This document shows positions 52,199 through 60,878 of a DNA stretch of 64,000 nt, in pieces. The position numbers and the translations under genes are program-made. The DNA is taken from positions 248,001 through 312,000 of the IMG/VR virus record IMGVR_UViG_3300050120_000230; one strand, 5' to 3'. The notes beneath the pieces are model-generated. The model searched no databases, was not told the DNA's origin, and saw only the letters and a program-made list of their open reading frames with translations. Positions within the stretch are counted from its first letter, which is position 1; each line of letters opens with the position of its first letter.

Positions 52199-54136
52199 AT
52201 GACCGAACCCTACGATCACGCGACCGTCGAGCAGAAATGGCGCCAGTTCTGGGCGAAATCACGCCTGTTCGATCAGGCGCTCGCAAGCCGGACGAAGACG
52301 AAATACTACGTGCTGGAAATGTTCCCGTATCCCTCGGGTCGCATCCACATGGGGCATGTCCGCAACTACGCCATCGGCGACGTGCTGGCGCGCTACAAGC
52401 GCAGCCAAGGCTTCAACGTGCTTCATCCCATGGGCTGGGACGGCTTCGGCCTGCCCGCTGAGAACGCGGCCATTGAAAATGGCACGCACCCTGCGGACTG
52501 GACGTTCGCCAACATCGCCGCCATGCGTGAGCAATTGAAGCGTCTGGGCTTGTCCGTGGACTGGACGCGCGAAATCGCGACTTGTGACCCGGCGTACTAC
52601 GGTGAGCAGCAAAAACTCTTCCTGCGGCTGCTGTCCGCTGGTCTCGCCTATCGCAAAGAAAGCGAAGTCAACTGGGACACCGTGGACAACACTGTGCTGG
52701 CCAACGAACAGGTCATCGACGGTAAGGGCTGGCGCTCGGGTGCACCTGTCGAGAAGCGGATGCTGACCCAGTGGTTCTTCCGAATCACCAACTACGCCGA
52801 TGAACTGCTGGACGGTTTGAAGACCCTGTCGAACTGGCCGGAGAAGGTCAAGACGATGCAGCAAAACTGGATCGGCAAGGACGAAGACGGCAACACGATG
52901 CTGCGCGACTGGGGCGTGTCTCGGCAGCGGTATTGGGGTTGCCCGATCCCGGTGATCCATTGCACCGAGTGCGGCATCGTCCCGGCCGAAACGCCGGTGA
53001 TCCTGCCAAAAGATGTGGACTTCACAATCCCCGGCAACCCGCTGGCCAACCATCCGACGTGGAAACACGTCGCGTGCCCGACGTGCGGCGAGGATGCGAC
53101 GCGTGAGACCGACACCATGGACACGTTCGTGGACTCGTCGTGGTATTTCGCCCGCTTCGTCAGCGCCGACCCCGCGAACCCGATCTGCGATGCGGGCATC
53201 GATCATTGGATGCCGGTCGATCAATATGTCGGTGGTATCGAACACGCCATCCTGCATCTGCTGTATGCCCGGTTCTTCACCAAAGCGTTGCGCGACACGG
53301 GCTGTTGGCGAGTGGACGAACCATTCACCGGGCTGTTCACGCAAGGCATGGTCACGCACAAGACCTATCGAACCGTGATCGGCAAGGAATGGGTCTACCC
53401 GGAAGAAGTGACCCTCAACAGCGACGGCGTCACGGCCAAGATGACCGCCACCGGACTTCACGTCGAAATCGGCGCGGCCGAGAAGATGTCGAAGAGCAAG
53501 AAAAACGTCGTCAGTCCTGACGCGATCTTCGACAAGTATGGCGTCGATGCCGCCCGCCTGTTCGTGCTGTCAGACAGCCCGCCGGAGCGCGATTTCGTGT
53601 GGTCCGAAGCTGGTGTCAAAGGCGCCGCAGGATTCATCCAGAAAGTCTGGAACGTCATCAACGAACCCGATGGCGTGCCGGACCAAACCAACATCATCCT
53701 GACCCACCAGACGATCAAGGACGTGACCGATTGTCTGGACAACTTCAAGTTCAACAAAGCGGTCAGTCTCCTGCATGTTTTCGTAGCCGGGATCACCGGT
53801 AAGGCCGACGTGGCGACCAAGAAAATTCTGATCCAACTGATCTCGCCGATGACGCCACATCTGGCCGAAGAGGCATGGCACGATCTCAAGGGTTGCTACT
53901 CCATCGTGGATGAACCGTGGCCGACGTTCAATCCCGCTCTGTTGGTGCCGCCGAACGTCACCATGCCGGTGTCGGTGAACGGCAAGCGCCGCAGCGAGAT
54001 CGTTGTCCCGCTGGATCACGCCGACGACTTGGTCATCGCCATTGCGACGGCTGATCCCGAAGTCATGCGCTTCATCGGCGATGGTGTGAAGAAAGCCATC
54101 GTCGTCAAGAACCGCATCGTAAATCTGGTGGTGTGA
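52199..54136 (+). CDS. leuS: Leucyl-tRNA synthetase lacking the CP1 editing domain
   Basis: [89 protein letters not shown]. Confidence 0.97.
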   Translation: MTEPYDHATVEQKWRQFWAKSRLFDQALASRTKTKYYVLEMFPYPSGRIHMGHVRNYAIGDVLARYKRSQGFNVLHPMGWDGFGLPAENAAIENGTHPADWTFANIAAMREQLKRLGLSVDWTREIATCDPAYYGEQQKLFLRLLSAGLAYRKESEVNWDTVDNTVLANEQVIDGKGWRSGAPVEKRMLTQWFFRITNYADELLDGLKTLSNWPEKVKTMQQNWIGKDEDGNTMLRDWGVSRQRYWGCPIPVIHCTECGIVPAETPVILPKDVDFTIPGNPLANHPTWKHVACPTCGEDATRETDTMDTFVDSSWYFARFVSADPANPICDAGIDHWMPVDQYVGGIEHAILHLLYARFFTKALRDTGCWRVDEPFTGLFTQGMVTHKTYRTVIGKEWVYPEEVTLNSDGVTAKMTATGLHVEIGAAEKMSKSKKNVVSPDAIFDKYGVDAARLFVLSDSPPERDFVWSEAGVKGAAGFIQKVWNVINEPDGVPDQTNIILTHQTIKDVTDCLDNFKFNKAVSLLHVFVAGITGKADVATKKILIQLISPMTPHLAEEAWHDLKGCYSIVDEPWPTFNPALLVPPNVTMPVSVNGKRRSEIVVPLDHADDLVIAIATADPEVMRFIGDGVKKAIVVKNRIVNLVV

Positions 54137-54417
54137 TGATCTACGAACTTCGCGCCACAGGTAAGCGCATTCGTTTCTTGGATGTGTCGATTGGCAACCC
54201 ATTCGCCAAGCATGGCGCGATCTGGGTTCGCACGAGCTACGACGCGGCGACCAAGGTCGCGTCCAGCGGTCACCATGCGTCCTGCTGCAACTTCGTCATC
54301 GATCCAGAGGACGAGTGGGTTGAAGTCGTTAACGTCGTGATCGATGGCGATGAAATTGGCCCGAAGCATGGACCGACGTTGAGCCCCGAACAAATCGAAA
54401 CGTTCCCCGCACTATGA
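54133..54417 (+). CDS. Hypothetical protein
   Basis: Coupled to the leuS stop. Confidence 0.6.
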   Translation: MMIYELRATGKRIRFLDVSIGNPFAKHGAIWVRTSYDAATKVASSGHHASCCNFVIDPEDEWVEVVNVVIDGDEIGPKHGPTLSPEQIETFPAL

Positions 54418-54755
54418 CGCGCGTCTGGAAGCCAGTTCCGATCCAATTCCAAGATACGCTGTTTCGGATGGATTTGATAATTCGGAATAACACTGATCCG
54501 TCGTTGGATGGCATGTTCGTATACCATTTCGGTGAAGTGAAAGTGGTCATTCGACCGATCTATCACCATCTGCATTATATCGCCGGTCGCAGCCAATGGC
54601 ATCCGCAACGGATAAGTTTTCCCGACTGGCAAGTACGGTGGGAATGGACAGATTCGCCCACCAAACATCGATCCAGCGTGCGATATCTGGCGCGCAGCGA
54701 ATCGCTCATGATTCGTGACCTGACGATGGTCAAACTGTCGGCGGAATTCGAATGA
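54414..54755 (+). CDS. RDxTxxK[LM] subfamily protein
   Basis: IRDLTMVKL. Confidence 0.6.
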   Translation: MTRVWKPVPIQFQDTLFRMDLIIRNNTDPSLDGMFVYHFGEVKVVIRPIYHHLHYIAGRSQWHPQRISFPDWQVRWEWTDSPTKHRSSVRYLARSESLMIRDLTMVKLSAEFE

Positions 54756-55231
54756 GACGTTCTCGCCTCAAACAGGCAGCGCCGGGCCTCTACCCTGAGA
54801 ACACACCGGGGTATAAAAAGCCGCCGCCGGAGCCCAAGATCATCCGTGGTGTGCCCGCTGAGTTCGCCATCAAGGTTGTGGATCACATTCTTCGTTGGGG
54901 TGATCCAACCGGCAAGACCTATGCGGCCGGGCGAGCCGACTATGGCGGTCAGGAAGAACGACACGAGCCGATCCGGTTCGCCAATCTAGGAGGCGTACTG
55001 TTCGATTGCTACATGGTGCCGAGCTTCGGAATGCACCATCGCGTCTATCTCTCTGGTCCAACGTGGTCTTGCACGCTGTTCGTCGAGCACTGGATGATGG
55101 GCGGGGCGGATTGCCATATGATCTTTGGCAAATATTTTGCAGTGGCGGACTACGAGATGAGGAACAAGCGGGGCTGGCTCATGGATATGACCATCGCCCG
55201 TATGATGGTAGCGGACTGGGCTCGTGGTTGA
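54752..55231 (+). CDS. RDMTIARM subfamily protein
   Basis: KYFAVADY...GWLMDMTIARM. Confidence 0.65.
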   Translation: MRRSRLKQAAPGLYPENTPGYKKPPPEPKIIRGVPAEFAIKVVDHILRWGDPTGKTYAAGRADYGGQEERHEPIRFANLGGVLFDCYMVPSFGMHHRVYLSGPTWSCTLFVEHWMMGGADCHMIFGKYFAVADYEMRNKRGWLMDMTIARMMVADWARG

Positions 55232-55625
55232 TCGCCCACGCCTTTTCACAATAGCCGGTGTGCCCGTCTCTCTTGTGTTCGATTTCGCAGTGGGCGGGTA
55301 TTGTATCGGGCTGCCTATCAATCACGAAAGAGTAGACCGCCAAAAACTTATGGTGGGGAACCCTCAGAAAACAGTTGTTACTCAGTTCAAGGTCGGGAAC
55401 ATGAAGTTCATCACCTTTTCCGAGTCACCATACAACGAAGATCATCGCCTTCACCTCTCTACAAGTCACTGGACTTGTGAAGTAAAAATGCGACAAGTGG
55501 CGGGAAACGGATTCGTATTCTGGGACAAATACTACGCAGTTCACGACTATACCGTTACCGACGAACAAGGATGGTTGCGCGATATGACTATCGCACGTAT
55601 GCTATCTGACGAATGGATGGAATAG
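55224..55625 (+). CDS. RDMTIARM subfamily protein
   Basis: KYYAVHDY...GWLRDMTIARM. Confidence 0.65.
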   Translation: MVDRPRLFTIAGVPVSLVFDFAVGGYCIGLPINHERVDRQKLMVGNPQKTVVTQFKVGNMKFITFSESPYNEDHRLHLSTSHWTCEVKMRQVAGNGFVFWDKYYAVHDYTVTDEQGWLRDMTIARMLSDEWME

Positions 55626-55627
55626 GA

Positions 55628-56221
55628 ATGGCCCTCGACCGTAACCAAGACGTGACAAACGACGACATCTTGGCGATGCTCGGTGGCGAACTGCTGCCCG
55701 CTGATATTCATGAACGCCGTGCCGCGAAGCAGCGCCAGAAAGCCATGGGCCGCCGCCAACGCGAGATCGAAGCAGAGCTTGCAAAATTCTCGACCGGCAA
55801 GCTTCTGAAAATGCGGAATCACAATTTCTCCGGCGATGTCGTGTTTCTTGACGGTGACGAATATCGTCGGGGACGCAACGCAGACTATCGGTCTGAGGCT
55901 GCCACGCAAGCCGAATACGATGAGCAGCTTGCCCGCCGCAACGCGCTCTATGCCGTGCTATCTCGTCGTCCACACGTCCCCAACAAGATCGAGGGACACA
56001 ACGCTCGCAAGCAGGCAGCGACAGAGCATCACGGACCCAAGAAGACCGGTGGCCGCCGATCAAAGTTTTCCACCGAACCGGCGAAGAAAAGTGCCCGGCG
56101 ACTGGAACAGGATGAACGGAAGTTTGACCGATGGTTCGCGGCCGAATGCAAGACAAATCCGAGCATGGCGAACAGTCGCAATTTCTGGCGGCGGATGTTC
56201 AAGCTTGGCTACTATGGCTGA
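55628..56221 (+). CDS. HHGP-family paralog 1
   Basis: VTNDDILAMLGGELLP...HVPNK...ATEHHGP. Confidence 0.7.
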   Translation: MALDRNQDVTNDDILAMLGGELLPADIHERRAAKQRQKAMGRRQREIEAELAKFSTGKLLKMRNHNFSGDVVFLDGDEYRRGRNADYRSEAATQAEYDEQLARRNALYAVLSRRPHVPNKIEGHNARKQAATEHHGPKKTGGRRSKFSTEPAKKSARRLEQDERKFDRWFAAECKTNPSMANSRNFWRRMFKLGYYG

Positions 56222-56609
56222 ATATCATCCGCTCGACAAAGAGCGTCCCACCACAGATGTGACGAACGAAGAGTTGATGCAAATCCTCTCGGGCGAAATC
56301 TTGCCTCGGGATGTTCACTGGCAGCGTTGGCAAAAAGAACGTGTCAAGAGGATGAAGGCTGCGCGCCTCGATTTCACGGGTCATCTGAAAACGTTTCATA
56401 CTCGCGAACTGATGCAAATGCATCGCGACGGTAGCATTCAGGGGTGGGCCAATTTCGGCATTCTCGCCGAGGTGAGTTATAGCGAAAAAATCGAAACCAT
56501 GGTGCGAGCGGAACTCGCGACTCGTGAGCACATTCCGAACAAAACCGAAGCCAAGGCACTGCGGAGGGCCGCCGCCACGAAGCATCATGGCCCTAGGAAG
56601 CGCGCATGA
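56214..56609 (+). CDS. HHGP-family paralog 2
   Basis: VTNEELMQILSGEILP...HIPNK...ATKHHGP. Confidence 0.7.
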   Translation: MAEYHPLDKERPTTDVTNEELMQILSGEILPRDVHWQRWQKERVKRMKAARLDFTGHLKTFHTRELMQMHRDGSIQGWANFGILAEVSYSEKIETMVRAELATREHIPNKTEAKALRRAAATKHHGPRKRA

Positions 56610-56956
56610 CGGCTAGCGCAATGAACACGGCTGCAATTTTGAAGATGGCTGCGAAAATACATCTCAACAGTCACTATCCGAAAATGTCCCAACGCTTCGC
56701 GCCAATCTATGGCGCCGCCACGAATTATCTGGAAGACCGGCGGCCGGACATCACGGAATATTCGTCGGCGGGCTACCGTCTGTTCATCCTGAAAACGGAT
56801 GGAGAAACTCCTTCCCCTCGCGCGGCCGAAGCCGTGCAATGGCTCAGCGACAACAAGATCGTCCATGAGTATGAATTCCAGCTTACGCGGAACTCGATTT
56901 GGATTAGGTTCCCTCGTGGAGAAGACGCCGCCCTGTTCAAATTGTTTTGGATGTGA
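56606..56956 (+). CDS. DAxxFK[LM]xW-family protein
   Basis: DAALFKLFWM. Confidence 0.75.
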   Translation: MTASAMNTAAILKMAAKIHLNSHYPKMSQRFAPIYGAATNYLEDRRPDITEYSSAGYRLFILKTDGETPSPRAAEAVQWLSDNKIVHEYEFQLTRNSIWIRFPRGEDAALFKLFWM

Positions 56957-56959
56957 GCC

Positions 56960-57160
56960 ATGCGCTTGAAAAACGCCCGCCGCCGCACAGCTAACGATGC
57001 GAGGATCATGTCGATCTGGGATGACGTGACCGACGAGTTCGACGACAAGTCCACCGAGTTCTGCATCCAGATGACTGCCGACCGCGCCATAGTGGACTAT
57101 GGTCGCGTTGTCGATGCACTGTCCCGCCAAGCCACCCAAAAGGAAACGACCAATGCGTGA
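56960..57160 (+). CDS. Hypothetical protein
   Basis: Co-directional run. Confidence 0.55.
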   Translation: MRLKNARRRTANDARIMSIWDDVTDEFDDKSTEFCIQMTADRAIVDYGRVVDALSRQATQKETTNA

Positions 57161-57413
57161 TCGCGGCCTCGTTCATTTCAGCCACCTGACGGTGCTTGCC
57201 GACTGGGCAAAAGCGCGAGGCTGGAAAGAAGAACCGGTGAAAGACACCTACGAGGTTCTGCGACTCCGAAGCGGCAAACAGTGCGCTATTTTCCACAAGA
57301 AACACGCCGCCCAAGAACATCTGACGGTGTGGGGCGACAGCGAAAAACTCGCGCGACAATTCATGCGCTGGCACAGAGAGCAAGAAGCTACCCCGCTGGA
57401 AGCAAACTCGTAA
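57153..57413 (+). CDS. Hypothetical protein
   Basis: Co-directional run. Confidence 0.6.
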   Translation: MRDRGLVHFSHLTVLADWAKARGWKEEPVKDTYEVLRLRSGKQCAIFHKKHAAQEHLTVWGDSEKLARQFMRWHREQEATPLEANS

Positions 57414-57455
57414 ACGAAAGTTGACGCTGGCGCGGTGGCGGTCTATTTTATACCC

Positions 57456-57659
57456 ATGAATGATCGCATCCATGGCTGGCTCGACGAGCACGAGTTGCTG
57501 AAGTTCCTTTTCGTCATGGTGCTCGCAATGGGGCTCAGCGTGTTTACATCGACATGGATGATCCAGCACGCCAAATGGGGCGTTGTCGCCTATCTTCTGG
57601 TGTGTATGTGGTTCGTCATCTCGCGCATGATCTACCTGCGTAAGGGCGGCGCCCTGTGA
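57456..57659 (+). CDS. Small two-TM membrane protein
   Basis: Hydrophobic segments; TTGACG promoter at 57422. Confidence 0.6.
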   Translation: MNDRIHGWLDEHELLKFLFVMVLAMGLSVFTSTWMIQHAKWGVVAYLLVCMWFVISRMIYLRKGGAL

Positions 57660-58033
57660 CCATCACGTCCGATGAAATTCGGGCGTTGTGCGACCGGGTG
57701 AAGGCCGCCGGAACGAAGATGGGACGCGTTTACTACGCGACACTGTCATCGGGCCTAGAGTTTCGCATCTACTGCACAGAAGAGAAAAAATCCGCTGATC
57801 GTTCCACGGTCATCGAAGGCCCGACACAGGCGTGGTTCCTCATTGTGAAGAACTGGCAGTTCTCGTGGGTGGGTTTGAGGATCGTCTCCACCGAGCGCGA
57901 AATGATCGCGATGTTTAGTGATGATCTGACGTTCGAAATCCGTGGCGACACCGAGCAGTTTTTGCAGGACATGGCTCTGTGCAGAATGTTCGATGATTTG
58001 TCTCCCAACAACGATGTGAGGATGGCGGCATGA
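57656..58033 (+). CDS. GD..F..D subfamily protein
   Basis: IRGDTEQFLQDMALCRMF. Confidence 0.65.
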   Translation: MTITSDEIRALCDRVKAAGTKMGRVYYATLSSGLEFRIYCTEEKKSADRSTVIEGPTQAWFLIVKNWQFSWVGLRIVSTEREMIAMFSDDLTFEIRGDTEQFLQDMALCRMFDDLSPNNDVRMAA

Positions 58034-58221
58034 AGCTCGTGGTTGGGGCGCTAACGCCTCGTGATGACGGCCGGTTCTACATCCCAATTGTGGTGATGGA
58101 ACCGCGCGATCATTCGCCGATCCTCGCCCGCGTTGCGTCTGATGCGTTCGGCGGTGATGCGGATGCCGCGACTGCTTTCGCGAAACAACTCACCGACTGC
58201 TACAACGCGTTCAATGGATAA
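58030..58221 (+). CDS. Hypothetical protein
   Basis: ATGA overlap. Confidence 0.55.
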   Translation: MKLVVGALTPRDDGRFYIPIVVMEPRDHSPILARVASDAFGGDADAATAFAKQLTDCYNAFNG

Positions 58222-58591
58222 CTTTCATCTCGATATCACCGCCAAAGGCGACCGTCTTCTCGAAGACGCGATGATGATTGCCTTCACGCGCGGAGACGGC
58301 AAGCCCACGACGGCTGAAGGTTATTTGGTGGACCCCGAAAAGGGTCTCATCTTTTTCTGGTATACGACCCTCGACAAAGGGGTCATCAAGCTACCCTTCA
58401 AGCTCGATTCGACCGGTGCTGCGGACTTTGCCAGACGATGGTTGGCCGAGCAGGACTACGGTAAAGAGCCGGGTCATGACGGCAGCAACTCCAAGGGTTG
58501 GCGGCTCTACAATACGAAGTGGAGCCGTGTTGATGACTATCAAGGAAGCATCATTGCTGTCCTGCCGAACTGGGCATGGCACGGCAAATAG
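58214..58591 (+). CDS. Hypothetical protein
   Basis: A..WL....Y...P.HDGSN.KGWRLY. Confidence 0.7.
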   Translation: MDNFHLDITAKGDRLLEDAMMIAFTRGDGKPTTAEGYLVDPEKGLIFFWYTTLDKGVIKLPFKLDSTGAADFARRWLAEQDYGKEPGHDGSNSKGWRLYNTKWSRVDDYQGSIIAVLPNWAWHGK

Positions 58592-58651
58592 TATTTGGTT
58601 GACCAATTCCAAATGCCGACTATCCTCTGACTAATGTAATCGGAGGCATCC

Positions 58652-58915
58652 ATGGACGACTCGAACTACATCGCCGAATATCCCAAGTGGACCACCGGGG
58701 CGTTCATGATCGGCATGGGCGTGCTTGGCGGCAGCTTCGTGGCGGTGATGACCGCGACCACCAGTGGCCTGCGGATCGTGGAAGCCGTTATATGCGGCAT
58801 CGATCTGATCGTCGCCGTGGCGCTGCCCACCATCGTTCGCTATCGTTTCCGCAAGAAGGCTCGCGCCCAGTTCGCGGCCAACGGCGGCGATCCCTCCAAG
58901 CTGCATTTCTTCTAG
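58652..58915 (+). CDS. Two-TM membrane protein
   Basis: Early promoter TTGACC-N16-TATCCT at 58599; SD GGAGG. Confidence 0.7.
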   Translation: MDDSNYIAEYPKWTTGAFMIGMGVLGGSFVAVMTATTSGLRIVEAVICGIDLIVAVALPTIVRYRFRKKARAQFAANGGDPSKLHFF

Positions 58916-58924
58916 GAGGGGTCC

Positions 58925-59266
58925 ATGAGCTACGCGATCAACTTCTTCGGCTGGAACAACACCGAGGGCCACGATAAGGTCTGGGGCTACGTGACCATTG
59001 GCGAAGGCTCGACGGCCGAGCTTTACAATTTCTGGGGCAAGCGCGGGAAGCGTCTGGCCTTCAAGAAGTTCCCCACCGGCTACGGGTCGGCGTTTGAACT
59101 CTCCAAGCTTTCGAAGAAGAAAGCCGAGAAGGGATATCAGGAGTATTCGGTCGCCGAGATCGACAAGGTATGCGAGGGTTTCATCGATCAGTTCGAGAAG
59201 GAACTGACGTTGGCCAAACTCTTCGACAACTTCCGGGGGCGACCGGTTGAAGGTGGATATTCGTGA
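58925..59266 (+). CDS. WGR-like domain protein
   Basis: HDKVWG...FWGKRGK...KK..KGY. Confidence 0.65.
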   Translation: MSYAINFFGWNNTEGHDKVWGYVTIGEGSTAELYNFWGKRGKRLAFKKFPTGYGSAFELSKLSKKKAEKGYQEYSVAEIDKVCEGFIDQFEKELTLAKLFDNFRGRPVEGGYS

Positions 59267-59436
59267 CGAGCAGGACTGTCGCGCTGAACGACAAGGAATA
59301 CACCATTCGTATCAATTCTGACGGCCGACCTGTGGGGATCGTGGTCGCAGTGAAACCAAGCGCCAAGATGGGCGCCCATACTCGTCGGGTAGACGTGCGC
59401 GGCACCCTTGGGCGCGAAGTGCTGAAACTGATCTAA
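59263..59436 (+). CDS. 57-aa hypothetical protein (absent from ORF track)
   Basis: GTGA and TAATG overlaps with both neighbours. Confidence 0.55.
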   Translation: MTSRTVALNDKEYTIRINSDGRPVGIVVAVKPSAKMGAHTRRVDVRGTLGREVLKLI

Positions 59437-59879
59437 TGGGCGCGCAAGAACTCTGGAAGCTGGCCAACAATTTCGACGACTTGGGCGTGGTGACATCGAA
59501 GCCGCGTATCGGCTCCATTGGCTCGCGTTGCGAGCACCATTACGTCACGCACATTCGCGACAGTGGCGATGCGGCGGCCTATGCCGACATGACCTTCCTG
59601 ACGGCGATGGATATCTTCCAGCGCATCCAGCGATTCGAAGTTCGCGACGAACGCAATCGTCTCGCGCTCGAACTGCTCAAAGCATCATCGAAATGCGAGT
59701 GCAACGTTCTGCGTCTTTGGACGCCGAGGGGCAACCCGAACGACTCCAAGGGCACCTACGTTTTTCCGAAGACCGAACACGACGCGGCGGTGTTCGCGAT
59801 CTTCTTCAATGAGACCGACCCGGCGATCTGGCGGCACGAACGTATCGGTGAACCGAGGATGTTCTTTTTCAACCAATGA
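59436..59879 (+). CDS. Hypothetical protein
   Basis: DAAVFAIFF, a degenerate family motif. Confidence 0.6.
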   Translation: MGAQELWKLANNFDDLGVVTSKPRIGSIGSRCEHHYVTHIRDSGDAAAYADMTFLTAMDIFQRIQRFEVRDERNRLALELLKASSKCECNVLRLWTPRGNPNDSKGTYVFPKTEHDAAVFAIFFNETDPAIWRHERIGEPRMFFFNQ

Positions 59880-60157
59880 CTTTCGTGCTAAGTAGGCCGA
59901 TGGATATTCGTTGTTCCCCTCGTGACTCGACCAACCAACAGGAAGACGCCTTTCTGATTGAGGGACCGTGGGCAGAAATTGCCTACGTCCTGAAATGGAT
60001 CGCGGCGAACTGTTCGACGGTATGGGAAAGCAATTTCATTCCGAATGGGAATTACGGGCCGGGAAATGTCTCCTACAACGTCAAGTTCAAGGATGAACGT
60101 GACGCTATTTTCTTCAAGATGATGTGGCATGGGCATAGTTTCTCGGAAGTTGCGTGA
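59876..60157 (+). CDS. DAxxFK[LM]xW-family protein
   Basis: DAIFFKMMWH. Confidence 0.75.
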   Translation: MTFVLSRPMDIRCSPRDSTNQQEDAFLIEGPWAEIAYVLKWIAANCSTVWESNFIPNGNYGPGNVSYNVKFKDERDAIFFKMMWHGHSFSEVA

Positions 60158-60422
60158 CGCATTCCTGAAGCCGGAATGGCAGTTCGTGGAAGGCAATAAG
60201 ATGCCTAGCGCGTGGGAGGATGAACCTCCGGCGTGCGGTGGCCTATGCTACCTCGAAGATGAAGTTGCCCAATGGTGCAGGGAGAACTACACCAAGCCTC
60301 CCACAATCTGGTTCCTCGATCTGACCGACTATGACAAGTGGGTTCAGAATTGGTTGATCGATTTTCGCTCCGAGGCCGACGCCCTGCTCTTCAAAATGCG
60401 ATGGAGTGATTATCGGCGGTAA
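60129..60422 (+). CDS. DAxxFK[LM]xW-family protein
   Basis: WCREN...DALLFKMRWS; start uncertain (60129 or 60201). Confidence 0.7.
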   Translation: MGIVSRKLRDAFLKPEWQFVEGNKMPSAWEDEPPACGGLCYLEDEVAQWCRENYTKPPTIWFLDLTDYDKWVQNWLIDFRSEADALLFKMRWSDYRR

Positions 60423-60461
60423 TTTGGTTGACCAATTCAACTATCGAGATATCATTACCGT

Positions 60462-60812
60462 ATGACATACAGCGTTCACCTGACCAAGTTCCGCGATCTC
60501 GATGGCAACAATCCGTTGCGAGGTGGCGGGCTTTTGCTGATCCGGCTTATTCGCGCCCTTGCCCCGGAGCTTTCGCTCAAAGAGTCAGGCGAGATCGTTC
60601 GAGGCCAATTTCCGCAACGGGTCACCGTCGTCGATACCTTGGCCAAAGCTACCGAAATCGTTGAGCGCCTCTACGTTTATGGGTGCATCACGAAGGTCAC
60701 CGACCTTTCTACCAGCAAAGTGGTGATGGATAGCACCGATGGGCTGCCTCGCGGTGCGGTAGCGGCACGACAAGCTGAAGCTCTTACGGAGTGGCAACTC
60801 CTGTCAACGTAG
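60462..60812 (+). CDS. Hypothetical protein
   Basis: Early promoter TTGACC-N16-TATCAT at 60428; weak resemblance to ribosomal L7/L12 C-terminal domain (LIKLIR...LSLKES..IV), not asserted. Confidence 0.6.
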   Translation: MTYSVHLTKFRDLDGNNPLRGGGLLLIRLIRALAPELSLKESGEIVRGQFPQRVTVVDTLAKATEIVERLYVYGCITKVTDLSTSKVVMDSTDGLPRGAVAARQAEALTEWQLLST

Positions 60813-60878
60813 CGATGATAACTGTCGAGTTCCGGCGACAGGAGAGCTTCGCGTGCGATCCTCGCCGCCTCTTGCTTC

